Shown here one piece after another: positions 32,585 through 42,569 of a stretch of DNA of 64,000 nt. The DNA lies in sequence record SRR2962707_3586. One strand, given 5' to 3'. The position numbers were made by a program, and so were the translations under genes. The notes beneath the pieces are model-generated. The model had not been told where the DNA came from. It was given only the letters and a program-made list of their open reading frames with translations, and made no database searches. Positions within the stretch are counted from its first letter, which is position 1; each line of letters starts with the position of its first letter.

Positions 32585-33655
32585 ATGGCATTTATAGAAT
32601 TATACAAGGATAAGCTTAAGAAGAATTATACGTTTCTGGACGAGTTGTTCAAAGAGAATGATATCGAGTGGGCGGTGGTTTCCAAGCTACTGTGCGGCAA
32701 TGAAAAGTACCTGAAAGAGGTGATAGATCTCGGTACTATGGAAATCTGTGATTCACGGATCAGTAACCTGGAGACAATTAAAAAGCTCAAGCCCGAGGTG
32801 CAGACTGTTTACATCAAACCTCCAGCCAAGAGGAGTATCGAGCGGTTGGTGAAGTATGCTGATGCCAGTTTCAATACGGAGTATGAAACCATCAAATGGA
32901 TTTCTGATGAGGCTGTGAGGCAGAACAAGAAACATAAGATCATCATAATGATCGAGTTGGGTGATCTCAGGGAAGGGGTAATGGGGGATCAGTTGATGGA
33001 GTTTTACGAATCTGTTTTTAACCTACCAAATATTCAGGTGACAGGAATTGGCGCCAATCTCAACTGCCTTTATGGGGTTATGCCTTCTGAAGATAAGCTC
33101 ATACAACTATCACTATATGAGCAACTTATAGAAGCTAAGTTCAATCAAAAAATACCCTGGGTTACCGGAGGTACTTCTGTAGTGGTTCCATTGATCTTTC
33201 GGAAGCAGATTCCCGAAGGGATCAATCATTTTCGAATTGGTGAGATGCTCTTTTTCGGTCTTGATTTGTTTACTCAGGAGACTGTTCCGGGTATGGAAGC
33301 AGATGTGTTCAAACTATTTGCTGAAATCATCGAGATTACTGAAAAACCGAAGGTACCTTCAGGCTATCTCGACACGAACCCTTCCGGAGATACCTTTGAA
33401 ATTAATGAAGAAGATTACGGAAAGACAAGCTATCGGGCCATCTTGGATGTAGGGTTATTAGAAGTCTCCGAGGATTTTCTTATTCCTGAAGATGAAAATA
33501 TTGAGATTACGGGAGCCAGTTCTGACATGCTCATTGTGGACCTTGGTGAACACAGCGACAACTATAGGGTAGGAGAATTGGTAAGTTTCAAATTGAAGTA
33601 TATGGGTGCCTTAGGACTGTTCAACTCTGATTACATAGAGAAAAGGGTGGTATAA
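32585..33655 (+). CDS. Alanine/ornithine racemase family PLP-dependent enzyme
   Basis: VVSKLLCG, DSRISNL, MIELGDLREG, GANLNC, GGTS, NHFRIGE, GASSDML. Confidence 0.88.
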   Translation: MAFIELYKDKLKKNYTFLDELFKENDIEWAVVSKLLCGNEKYLKEVIDLGTMEICDSRISNLETIKKLKPEVQTVYIKPPAKRSIERLVKYADASFNTEYETIKWISDEAVRQNKKHKIIIMIELGDLREGVMGDQLMEFYESVFNLPNIQVTGIGANLNCLYGVMPSEDKLIQLSLYEQLIEAKFNQKIPWVTGGTSVVVPLIFRKQIPEGINHFRIGEMLFFGLDLFTQETVPGMEADVFKLFAEIIEITEKPKVPSGYLDTNPSGDTFEINEEDYGKTSYRAILDVGLLEVSEDFLIPEDENIEITGASSDMLIVDLGEHSDNYRVGELVSFKLKYMGALGLFNSDYIEKRVV

Positions 33656-33696
33656 TTCAGCTTTTTATACATTTGCGGAGAATCCCCTAACCGCTT

Positions 33697-34269
33697 ATGT
33701 CTACCGAATTTCAAAGTAAGAAACTCGCCTATTTCTTCCATATCCTTGATTTAAACCGAAATGGCTTCATTCAGCTGGAGGATTTTTCTGAGATGGCAGA
33801 GAAGGTCCGAATGATCATGCAGTATGAAGAAGGAAGTAATGAGCATCAACGCATAACCGAAAAGGCTACTAAATTCTTTCACACACTCGTAAAAGACATA
33901 AAGCCGCAGGATAAGCAGCAGATTTCTGAAGGTGAGTGGGTACGTTTTTTTGAAACAGAGATCATCACCGATGAAGATGAGTTGGATATCTACAAAGAGA
34001 TGGTCTTTAATTTCATGTTTGATTTCTTTGATCAAAACCGTGACGGCTTTATCTCAAGAAAGGAATACGAGGATTTTTATGCCATATTCGGAATAGATGA
34101 CCAATACCTGGATAAAGCCTTCCAAAAGCTAGATAACTCCAATGCCTACAAACTAAGCCGATACGATCTCTTATCTGCTGTAGAGGACTTCTTTTCGTCT
34201 ACTGATGAAGCACTGGCCGGGAACTGGGTCTTTGGCCATTGGGAATCTAGTCCACATAAACCGGATTAG
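33697..34269 (+). CDS. EF-hand calcium-binding protein (calerythrin/SCP-like)
   Basis: DLNRNGFIQLED and DQNRDGFISRKE loops, C-terminal GNWVFG; TACATTTG at 33668-33675. Confidence 0.85.
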   Translation: MSTEFQSKKLAYFFHILDLNRNGFIQLEDFSEMAEKVRMIMQYEEGSNEHQRITEKATKFFHTLVKDIKPQDKQQISEGEWVRFFETEIITDEDELDIYKEMVFNFMFDFFDQNRDGFISRKEYEDFYAIFGIDDQYLDKAFQKLDNSNAYKLSRYDLLSAVEDFFSSTDEALAGNWVFGHWESSPHKPD

Positions 34270-36266
34270 TTTATTCCATCAAGGAGGCTGTCATCCACCA
34301 GGTTAGGCAATGTTACTTTCAATGAAGGGGTTCTTTCCATTTCTCTTTTAATGGCAAATAATGCCTCATCGTTTCTTGCCCAGCTTCTACGCGCAATTCC
34401 ATTATTGACATCATAAAAAAGCATGGATTTGAGCCTTCTATCTGCTTCATCTGATCCATCCAGTAGCATGCCAAAGCCACCATTAATAACCTCACCCCAA
34501 CCGACACCACCACCATTGTGAATAGAAATCCACGTGGCGCCCCTAAATGAATCACCAATGACATTTTGAATGGCCATGTCAGCAGTGAATTTGCTGCCAT
34601 CATAGATGTTGCTGGTTTCGCGATAGGGAGAATCAGTACCACTCACATCATGGTGATCACGACCCAACACGATGGGGGCTGAGATTTCACCATCTTTGAT
34701 CGCTTTGTTGAAAGCCTCGGCAATTTTAGCTCTACCTTCCGCATCCGCATATAAGATGCGGGCCTGGGACCCAACCACCAGTTGGTTCCTTTCCGCTTCC
34801 TCGATCCATCTGATATTGTCTTGCATCTGTTGCTGGATCTCAACTGGGGACTGGTCTTTGATCTCACTCATGACTCGAAGAGCTATCTGATCAGACTTTC
34901 TCAAATCATTTGGCTCACCCGAAGTGCAAACCCAACGAAACGGTCCAAAACCATAATCGAAACACATCGGCCCAAGTATATCCTGAACATAGGATGGATA
35001 TCTGAAGTCTATGCCATTTTCTGCCATAACATCTGCACCAGCTCTGGACGATTCCAAAAGGAAAGCGTTTCCATAGTCAAAGAAATAGGTGCCACGAGCT
35101 GTATGCTTGTTTACTGCAGCTGCATGTCTTCTGAGTGATTCCTGCACTTTTTCCTTGAATTTGGCAGGGTTGTTACGGATCATCTCGTTTGATTCTTCGA
35201 AAGTCAGGCCTACCGGGTAGTAGCCTCCAGACCATGGATTGTGTAATGAAGTTTGATCTGATCCAAGCTCAATGAGAATCTCTTCATCATAGAATCGTTC
35301 CCAGATGTCCACCACATTTCCTACGTACGCTATCGATACCATCTCAGCATTTTCCTTGGCTTCCTTAACCCTGATGACAAGCTTGTTCATGTCTTCAATG
35401 ATTTCATCAACCCAGCCCTGGTCGTGACGCTTGTGTGCTGCATTTGGATTTACTTCCGCACATACAGTTACACATCCAGCGATGTTTCCAGCCTTTGGCT
35501 GAGCGCCACTCATGCCGCCCAATCCGGCAGTCAGAAAGATTTTACCAGCAGGAGAAATGCCCGCTCCCAATTTCTTTCTGAACGCATTCATTACTGTGAT
35601 GGTAGTTCCATGGACAATGCCTTGTGGTCCGATGTACATATATGACCCTGCAGTCATTTGACCGTATTGTGTCACGCCTAAAGCATTAAACTTTTCCCAA
35701 TCGTCGGGTTGTGAGTAATTGGGGATCATCATGCCATTGGTGACCACCACTCGCGGAGCTTCCCTGTGTGAAGGGAAGAGCCCCATGGGATGACCCGAAT
35801 ACATATGCAAGGTCTGCTCATCCGTCATGGTGGCCAGGTAATGCATAGTGAGGAGGTATTGTGCCCAGTTCTGGAATACAGCGCCATTGCCTCCGTATGT
35901 TATCAGCTCTTCAGGATGTTGTGCTACCGCTGGATCAAGGTTGTTTTGGATCATGAGCATAATGGCAGCCGCTTGTTGCGATTGTGCAGGATACTCATCA
36001 ATTGGACGAGCATACATGTTGTACTCAGGCAAAAACCTGTACATGTAAATACGACCATACTCATTCAGTTCATCCGCAAATTCTTTGGCCAGTTCGCTGT
36101 GCCACTCGGCAGGGAAGTAACGCAATGCATTTCTTACAGCAAGCTTTTTTTCATCCAAAGACAGGATCTCTTTCCTTTTAGGGGCCCTGTTTACTTCGTT
36201 GCTAAGTGTGCGTTTAGAAGGGATTTGTTTAGGGATTCCCTGAAGTATCTGTTCTTTGAAAGTCAT
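34266..36266 (-). CDS. hutU: Urocanate hydratase (long form)
   Basis: NNLDPAVA, YGQMTAGS.MYIGPQGIVHGT, GLGGMSGAQP, SDQTSLH, GRDHHD, HNGGGVGWG. Confidence 0.97.
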   Translation of the reverse strand: MTFKEQILQGIPKQIPSKRTLSNEVNRAPKRKEILSLDEKKLAVRNALRYFPAEWHSELAKEFADELNEYGRIYMYRFLPEYNMYARPIDEYPAQSQQAAAIMLMIQNNLDPAVAQHPEELITYGGNGAVFQNWAQYLLTMHYLATMTDEQTLHMYSGHPMGLFPSHREAPRVVVTNGMMIPNYSQPDDWEKFNALGVTQYGQMTAGSYMYIGPQGIVHGTTITVMNAFRKKLGAGISPAGKIFLTAGLGGMSGAQPKAGNIAGCVTVCAEVNPNAAHKRHDQGWVDEIIEDMNKLVIRVKEAKENAEMVSIAYVGNVVDIWERFYDEEILIELGSDQTSLHNPWSGGYYPVGLTFEESNEMIRNNPAKFKEKVQESLRRHAAAVNKHTARGTYFFDYGNAFLLESSRAGADVMAENGIDFRYPSYVQDILGPMCFDYGFGPFRWVCTSGEPNDLRKSDQIALRVMSEIKDQSPVEIQQQMQDNIRWIEEAERNQLVVGSQARILYADAEGRAKIAEAFNKAIKDGEISAPIVLGRDHHDVSGTDSPYRETSNIYDGSKFTADMAIQNVIGDSFRGATWISIHNGGGVGWGEVINGGFGMLLDGSDEADRRLKSMLFYDVNNGIARRSWARNDEALFAIKREMERTPSLKVTLPNLVDDSLLDGIN

Positions 36267-36268
36267 CT

Positions 36269-37849
36269 TTAGAATTGATCAAAATCGTTGCTAAATTCTG
36301 TTGAGAGGGTTGTATTATTCGCTTTGGCTGCTTCCATGGCAATGGATACCAGTTCCTTATTTTTTACCATGTCAATGGCGGTTTCCATTTTCTCATTCAT
36401 GATGCCATCCTTGTCGATATGGTCAATTTTGGATCGAACATGCTCGTGAACCCTGGAGAGAATACCACTAGATTTAAGCGGACGGTGAAAGTCGATGGCC
36501 TGCGCCGCACAGAAGACCTCCACACCAATGATCTTCTCCACATTCTCAATGACACGCAAAGCTTTACGCCCTCCAATAGATCCCATACTGACATGATCTT
36601 CCTGTCCCAGAGAGGTCGGAATGCTGTCCGCACTTGCGGGAAAGCAAAGCCCTTTGTTTTCGCTCACCAAAGCTGCTGTGGTATACTGAGGAATCATAAA
36701 CCCTGAATTGGTTCCTGTTTCTTTCAGCAATAGTTTAGGCACACCCGGTGTATCGCCTTCCAGCGAAAGGTAGATCCTACGATCTGAGATATTACCAATT
36801 TCAGCTGCAGCCAGACAAGCATAATCCAGAGGAAGTGCCATCGGTTGTCCGTGGAAATTCCCGCCGCTAATGGTGTGATCTTCACTAAACACAATCGGGT
36901 TGTCGGTTACTGCATTCAGCTCGACCTCCAACATTTCCTTTAGATGCAACCACGCATTTCTGGACGCTCCGTGTACTTGAGGAATGCATCTCAAAGAGTA
37001 GGGGTCTTGCACCCGCGCACAGCTGGCATGCGAATTGACAATTTCAGATTCATTCAGGAGATTTCGGAAGACTGAAGCGACATGGCGATTGCCTTTATAT
37101 GCTCGAAGTTCATGTAGCTCCTTTGAAAATGGTTTGATGGATGCCAGCAATCCTTCTACCATCATGGCACCCGAGATGTCTGCATGGGCCAAAACGTTCT
37201 GTAATTTCTCAACTACTTTAACCGCAAATGCAGCAATGAATTGTGTTCCGTTGATTAAGCCAAGCCCTTCCTTCGCCCCAAGATCAATGGGTTGAAGATT
37301 CTCTGATTTGAGAAAGCTTTCGGTAGCAACGAATTCCCCTTTGTATTTGACTTTACCCATACCGATAAGCGGCAGGAAAAGATGGGAGAGAGGTGCTAAG
37401 TCACCTGAAGCACCTACGGATCCTTGCTCAGGTACCAAAGGGATGATGTCATGATTAATTTGCCAGATAATGCGATCAATCGTTTTTTCCTGCACACCTG
37501 AAAACCCCCGGGCAAGGGCGTGTACTTTCAGGATCATCATCAATTTGGCAATTTCATCGGGGATGGGATCACCCAATCCGACTGCATGGCTCATGAGCAG
37601 GTTCTTCTGTAGATCACTGGTTTGATCCCTGGAGATTTGCGTGGTACACAATGGGCCAAAACCGGTATTGATTCCATAGACAGCAGTGTCTCCATTCGCA
37701 ATGTTTTTAACCGTTTCTGCGCTTTTGATCACTTTCGTTCTCGTATTATCCGAAAGGACGCCTTTGATCTGGCCTCTTGCGATAGCTAATGCGATTCCTG
37801 CTGTAAGGTGATCTTCTCCGTAATGGAATTTGGTTGGGGTTGTTGACAT
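36269..37849 (-). CDS. hutH: Histidine ammonia-lyase
   Basis: VYGINTGFG, GSVGASGDLAPL (MIO ASG), QDPYSLRC, GGNFHGQP, QEDHVSMG; TAACTTTG at 37871-37878 supports ATG 37849. Confidence 0.96.
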   Translation of the reverse strand: MSTTPTKFHYGEDHLTAGIALAIARGQIKGVLSDNTRTKVIKSAETVKNIANGDTAVYGINTGFGPLCTTQISRDQTSDLQKNLLMSHAVGLGDPIPDEIAKLMMILKVHALARGFSGVQEKTIDRIIWQINHDIIPLVPEQGSVGASGDLAPLSHLFLPLIGMGKVKYKGEFVATESFLKSENLQPIDLGAKEGLGLINGTQFIAAFAVKVVEKLQNVLAHADISGAMMVEGLLASIKPFSKELHELRAYKGNRHVASVFRNLLNESEIVNSHASCARVQDPYSLRCIPQVHGASRNAWLHLKEMLEVELNAVTDNPIVFSEDHTISGGNFHGQPMALPLDYACLAAAEIGNISDRRIYLSLEGDTPGVPKLLLKETGTNSGFMIPQYTTAALVSENKGLCFPASADSIPTSLGQEDHVSMGSIGGRKALRVIENVEKIIGVEVFCAAQAIDFHRPLKSSGILSRVHEHVRSKIDHIDKDGIMNEKMETAIDMVKNKELVSIAMEAAKANNTTLSTEFSNDFDQF

Positions 37850-37912
37850 TGTAGGAAGTTGTTGAGGCAACAAAGTTAGCAGGTTAGCTAAATGATCAAC
37901 TAATGACCAGGC

Positions 37913-38815
37913 TTAAAAATACACTTCCTGCGCCAATCGATAAGTGTTGGAGTGAGCTTCCAATATGTCCTTGATGTCTTCCGAATAGCCACCACCCATG
38001 GATGCCACGATTGGAATGTTGCATTTGCGAGCAGTAGTCAAAACCAGTTCATCTCGCTTTTTACAACCTTGAATGGACAAGCCAAGCCGACCCAATTTAT
38101 CCGTAGCAAGCACATCAACACCGGATTGAAAGAATAGGAAATCGGGGTTTACTTTCTCCATTAGCTCATTTAAATGCCTGTAGAGCAGCTCCAGATAGGT
38201 TTTGTCATCCGTCTTGTCCTTGAGAGGTATATCCAGGTCCGATTGCTCTTTTTGGAGTGGATAGTTGTGCTCGCCATGCATGCTGAAGGTGAAAACCTGT
38301 GGATCATTCCTGAAGATTTCAGCGGTTCCATTTCCTTGATGCACATCAAGATCAATAACGAGTATTTGTTTGGCCAAACCATTTCCAAGCAGGTATCTGG
38401 CTGCTATGGCAATATCGTTGAGCAGGCAAAACCCTTCAGCTCTATCTGTGAACGCATGGTGTGTTCCGCCTGCTATGTTCATTGCAATACCGTACTGTAG
38501 GGCGAATTCAGCACATTGAATAGTGCCGGCATTGATGGTGATTTCTCGCTCCACCAATTGACTGGTAATGGGGAAACCACTTCTACGTTCTTCCGAACGG
38601 GTGAAATCAAGGTTTTGAAGTTTATGCCAGTATTGAGGTGTATGAACAGACAGTATTTCATCTTCTGTAAGCTTCCTGGGAGCAAATAGATTTGACTCTG
38701 TAATGGTACCTTCATGGATCAATTGAGAGGGGAGAAGGTCATATTTCTCCATGGGGAAACGATGACCCTCCGGCAATGCATGATTGTATATCCTGGACCA
38801 GGCGACTTTGAGCAT
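37913..38815 (-). CDS. Histone deacetylase family protein
   Basis: HRFPMEKY, GGTHHA, GFC..ND, DLDVHQGNGT, GVD...D.LG, GGGY. Confidence 0.93.
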   Translation of the reverse strand: MLKVAWSRIYNHALPEGHRFPMEKYDLLPSQLIHEGTITESNLFAPRKLTEDEILSVHTPQYWHKLQNLDFTRSEERRSGFPITSQLVEREITINAGTIQCAEFALQYGIAMNIAGGTHHAFTDRAEGFCLLNDIAIAARYLLGNGLAKQILVIDLDVHQGNGTAEIFRNDPQVFTFSMHGEHNYPLQKEQSDLDIPLKDKTDDKTYLELLYRHLNELMEKVNPDFLFFQSGVDVLATDKLGRLGLSIQGCKKRDELVLTTARKCNIPIVASMGGGYSEDIKDILEAHSNTYRLAQEVYF

Positions 38816-38913
38816 ATGTGATTAACAGCTTTGGGGTTGTTATGTTTTTGTTACCCTGCTTAAAATGTGAAGGAAATTATTTACTTTCAATTTCTCACAA
38901 AATAACTCACCCA

Positions 38914-39837
38914 ATGCCTAAAATGAACATCTCCCGGTCTATTACCATTGATACACCTGCTCAAAAGGTTTATGGAATTCTGAATGACTTTAACAACTGG
39001 CAACCATGGTCGCCATGGTTAATTATGGAATCGGAAGCCAAAGTAGTTGTTGCTGATGATGCCAAATCATACGAGTGGGAAGGGAAACGCACCGGATCCG
39101 GGAATATGAAAGTGTTGAATGAGGTTGAGAATGAGTCCATAGATTATGAACTTAATTTCCTAACACCCTGGAAATCTACTGCGGCTACAAGTTTCACCTT
39201 GCATAGCGAAGGAAATGTCACGAAGGTGACCTGGGCAATGAAAAGCAGTTTGCCATTCTTTTTGTTTTGGATGAAGAAAATGATGGAGGCCTATGTAGGA
39301 GCTGATTTTGAAAGGGGATTGGATATGCTTAAGGCGTATGCTGAAACGGGAGAGGTTCCTTCTAAATTGGAATTTAAAGGCAATAGCCAATTTGAGGGTT
39401 GTCAGTGGATCGGATTGAAGTGTACGTGCAAGATCGATGATACGCCAACGAAAATGCCGGAGGATTTTGGCAAACTTCGGGAATACGCTGAATCCAACGG
39501 ACAGAATATCGCCGGCCCGGCTTTCTCCATTTATCACAAATGGGATATCGTCAAAGGGATGGTTTCTTATACCGCAGCTATTCAGGTAAAGGAGATTCCT
39601 GCTGATTTACCGAATGGTTTTGTTTCCGGTTCCATTGCTTCAACCAAGGTGTATGTTCTGAGACATGTTGGACGGTATCAACATTTGGGAAATGCCTGGA
39701 GCACACTTTATTCCATGCATCGCAACAAGGAATTCAAGCCTGTAAAAGGCATTCATCCATTCGAAGTTTATCAAAACAATCCTCAGGAAACACCAGAGAA
39801 AGATTTGATTACAGACATATATTTTGCTGTGAAATAA
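38914..39837 (+). CDS. SRPBCC + GyrI-like small-molecule-binding fusion
   Basis: N-terminal I.RSI.I..P..V...W..WSPW; C-terminal H.G.Y..L..AW and FEVY.N.P...L.T.IY. Confidence 0.85.
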   Translation: MPKMNISRSITIDTPAQKVYGILNDFNNWQPWSPWLIMESEAKVVVADDAKSYEWEGKRTGSGNMKVLNEVENESIDYELNFLTPWKSTAATSFTLHSEGNVTKVTWAMKSSLPFFLFWMKKMMEAYVGADFERGLDMLKAYAETGEVPSKLEFKGNSQFEGCQWIGLKCTCKIDDTPTKMPEDFGKLREYAESNGQNIAGPAFSIYHKWDIVKGMVSYTAAIQVKEIPADLPNGFVSGSIASTKVYVLRHVGRYQHLGNAWSTLYSMHRNKEFKPVKGIHPFEVYQNNPQETPEKDLITDIYFAVK

Positions 39838-39839
39838 GG

Positions 39840-41051
39840 CTAGGGGATAATCAATTCCTCACAGTACTTCAGTACCTGTGGACATCCTTCCGGTTCTGCT
39901 TCGACACAAACGACATAGGAGCCCGGAGCGAATTGATATTCAAATTGATTATCACCATCTGGGCCTTCTTCTTCCATGTCAAGTATCTCATCATTTTGAT
40001 AGATGACCCAGTTATACATTATTTCGTCTTTGGCCTGAAAGTTGGCAATGAATAGATAAGTAAAATCGTTTATCTGATCCTTTTCGAAGGAAACAAACGG
40101 ACACGGATCCTCAATAAAGAATTCCACACAATATTCTACCCCAGCTACACAATCATCCGCTGCTGATGCCACTTTGATGCACACCTCATGCCAACCTGAG
40201 TCGAAAGTCTCTTGCAGCTTATTATCGCCTTGGGAGTTCGAGCCATCTCGTTCTACTTTTACCCCATCTATCCACCAATCATACCCGGACAGTTCGTCTA
40301 TCCCCGGAAAATCAGCTGTGAAGAGATAAGTCGTTCCTTCGATTATTTCATAGCGGAAGAACAGTTGAGGGCATTTTTTGCAGGTATCGAACACCTCGAA
40401 TAGCTCAAAGGCATTGTCAATTTGTTTTTCAACATCGTCTCCAAAATCATATACGGAGAGCGGATAAACATATATCGGCTGCTTGTCAAAGCCTTGTATG
40501 AGTTCGAAATCAAAGTAAGCTTCTTCACTGATGATGGTAACGGTATCATCATTAACATCTACCATTTGGATGGGGTAGATGAAATCAAAGCATTGGGTAA
40601 AATACCGATCGGCCTCTTCTCTCATGGTAAGAATCTCACATTCTTCCAGGGCTGAGATAAACTCACTTTCATTGGTGATAGTCTTGATAACACCACCGTG
40701 ACCAATGGTGATTGGATAATTTACACGATCGACATGAATGCCAGAATTCGCATTGATTGCCAACTCTTCTAAACCGCTGAAATCCTCTACCGTGATTGGA
40801 ATGTCATTGTTGAATTGGAAGGTGATTGGAAAGAATAGTTCGAAGCAGTCGTTTTCATCTGTTAGATACTCCTTTTCCACTGCTCTAAGCATGGATATGA
40901 CTGCTACACTGGGAGTATATGTGGTGGTGTCAGGCTCAGGAAAGTCCAGATCATCTCCGTTTACGCAAGACTGAATGGAAAGCATGGCAAGGATCATCAG
41001 AACCACAAGAAGTCCTGTTTTAGTTGTCCAATCTGCTGCCAATCGTTTCAT
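39840..41051 (-). CDS. Acidic Cys-rich lipoprotein with CF.f.yPi repeats and two PKD/Ig-like repeats
   Basis: Lipobox IQSC; CFELFFPI and CFDFIYPI; F.A.F..Y.W...G...VC...YC repeats shared with neighbour. Confidence 0.75.
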   Translation of the reverse strand: MKRLAADWTTKTGLLVVLMILAMLSIQSCVNGDDLDFPEPDTTTYTPSVAVISMLRAVEKEYLTDENDCFELFFPITFQFNNDIPITVEDFSGLEELAINANSGIHVDRVNYPITIGHGGVIKTITNESEFISALEECEILTMREEADRYFTQCFDFIYPIQMVDVNDDTVTIISEEAYFDFELIQGFDKQPIYVYPLSVYDFGDDVEKQIDNAFELFEVFDTCKKCPQLFFRYEIIEGTTYLFTADFPGIDELSGYDWWIDGVKVERDGSNSQGDNKLQETFDSGWHEVCIKVASAADDCVAGVEYCVEFFIEDPCPFVSFEKDQINDFTYLFIANFQAKDEIMYNWVIYQNDEILDMEEEGPDGDNQFEYQFAPGSYVVCVEAEPEGCPQVLKYCEELIIP

Positions 41052-41104
41052 TCGAGTACTTTTCTAAGCCGGAAGATATTTAAAATTAAAGTCTTTAAGC
41101 AAGT

Positions 41105-41136
41105 AAAAAGAAACTGCCCGAGCCACCGGGCAGTTT
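41105..41136 (-). terminator. Rho-independent terminator between the two lipoprotein genes
   Basis: aaactgcccg-agccac-cgggcagttt with A-rich left flank. Confidence 0.8.
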
Positions 41137-41156
41137 ACAACCAACCTAAGAATTAC

Positions 41157-42569
41157 CTAGTCAACTGAAAAAACATTACATGTTTGTTGATCTAGACAAC
41201 CTCCGTCTTGTAGCAGACAGATTTCGTATTGAACCCCAGGAGTCATTTGCCATTCGAATTTGTGATCATCATCACTTCCGGCCTCTCGGGTTTCAGATCC
41301 TTGAAAATCGTCATTGATATACACCTTCCATATGTAGGTTACATTGTCTCTGGCTTCAAAGTCAGCTGTGAACGTGTAGGTGTTTGTCACCTCATCCAGC
41401 TCAGCTGTATAGGACGTTTGCACACAGTCCACCGTATTAATGGTGATCTCCTCACAGTACTCAACCTCTTCACATCCTTCCTGATCAGTGACCAGGCAGA
41501 CGTTGTAGGTGCCTTCGTCAAACTGCCAGAATAGTTTGTGGTCTGTTTCAACCCCTTCAGCATTCTCAATATCTACTTGCTCATCATTGATGTACCACTT
41601 GTACTTCACATCTTCTTTTTCTGCGAAATCAGCGTGGAATATGTAGGTTAAATCATTTTGCTTTTCCCAATCGAAATGTACTTCAGTAGGACAAACCTGC
41701 TCAATGATGATTTCCTCACAGTAGGATACAGACTCACATCCATCCTGATCAGTCACCAGGCAAACATTGTAGGTACCCGCATCAAATTGCCAGAATAGTT
41801 TATGATCGGTATCATGTCCCTCTGCATTCTCAATATCTACTTGTTCATCATTGATGAACCACTTGTATTTAACCCAATCTTTTTCATCAAAGTCGGCAAA
41901 GAAGAAATAGGAATTTCCACTTTCCATTTCGGTTTCAAATCCCACTTCATGCACACATTCCTCATCCACCACGATTTCTCTACAATACTCAACTTCACCA
42001 CATTCGTCTGTTTCGGCAGTGATACATACGCTATGCGTTCCCGGAGCTAATCGTAGTTCAAGCAGATTGTCTCTGTTATCAGTTAGCGGTTCAGAATCAA
42101 CCAGTTCACCATCCAGGTACCAGTCATAAGCAACCTCATTCATACCCTCAAACTCTGCGACAAATTTGAAGTTGTAATCGTCTATTTGATCTTTCGTGAA
42201 CTGAAGTCCTAAGCACTCATCCACATTTGGATCCACGATGGAGAATTCGATACATCCTTCGATTCGTTGATCACAGGAAGTAGACTCAGCAACGATACAT
42301 ACCTTGTAATCGCCTGGTTCAAATTCCAAATCAAACTCTGTCAGATCCAGTTGACCTGCTGTAAAGGATTCAATCAAGGCATCATTGACGTAAAGTTCAA
42401 ATGCTAAATCCTCAAGTCCGGTGGCTTTAACATGTGCTGTGAAGTTTGCACTGTCAATTTCAACATCCAGCCCAACTCCGGGACATGGATTTTCATCGGT
42501 GTTACAGGCACTTACTAGTACAACCAGCAAAATGGTTGTTAAAATGCCAAATTTGTTAAGCAGTTTCAT
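41157..42569 (-). CDS. Acidic Cys-rich lipoprotein with five ~88 aa PKD/Ig-like repeats
   Basis: Lipobox VSAC; repeated ADF..Y.W..N...HK..W.F..G.Y.VC...C....C units. Confidence 0.8.
   Translation of the reverse strand: MKLLNKFGILTTILLVVLVSACNTDENPCPGVGLDVEIDSANFTAHVKATGLEDLAFELYVNDALIESFTAGQLDLTEFDLEFEPGDYKVCIVAESTSCDQRIEGCIEFSIVDPNVDECLGLQFTKDQIDDYNFKFVAEFEGMNEVAYDWYLDGELVDSEPLTDNRDNLLELRLAPGTHSVCITAETDECGEVEYCREIVVDEECVHEVGFETEMESGNSYFFFADFDEKDWVKYKWFINDEQVDIENAEGHDTDHKLFWQFDAGTYNVCLVTDQDGCESVSYCEEIIIEQVCPTEVHFDWEKQNDLTYIFHADFAEKEDVKYKWYINDEQVDIENAEGVETDHKLFWQFDEGTYNVCLVTDQEGCEEVEYCEEITINTVDCVQTSYTAELDEVTNTYTFTADFEARDNVTYIWKVYINDDFQGSETREAGSDDDHKFEWQMTPGVQYEICLLQDGGCLDQQTCNVFSVD
41440..41960. 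repeat. Intragenic tandem duplication, 264 nt period (boundaries approximate)
   Basis: cattctcaatatctacttg.tcatcattgatg.accacttgta occurs at 41561 and 41825. Confidence 0.85.

Noticed and set aside
41440-41960. Near-identical repeats as a possible DGR template/variable pair or CRISPR
   Set aside because: In-frame coding duplication with mixed substitutions rather than adenine-specific ones; no reverse transcriptase or cas genes in the window.
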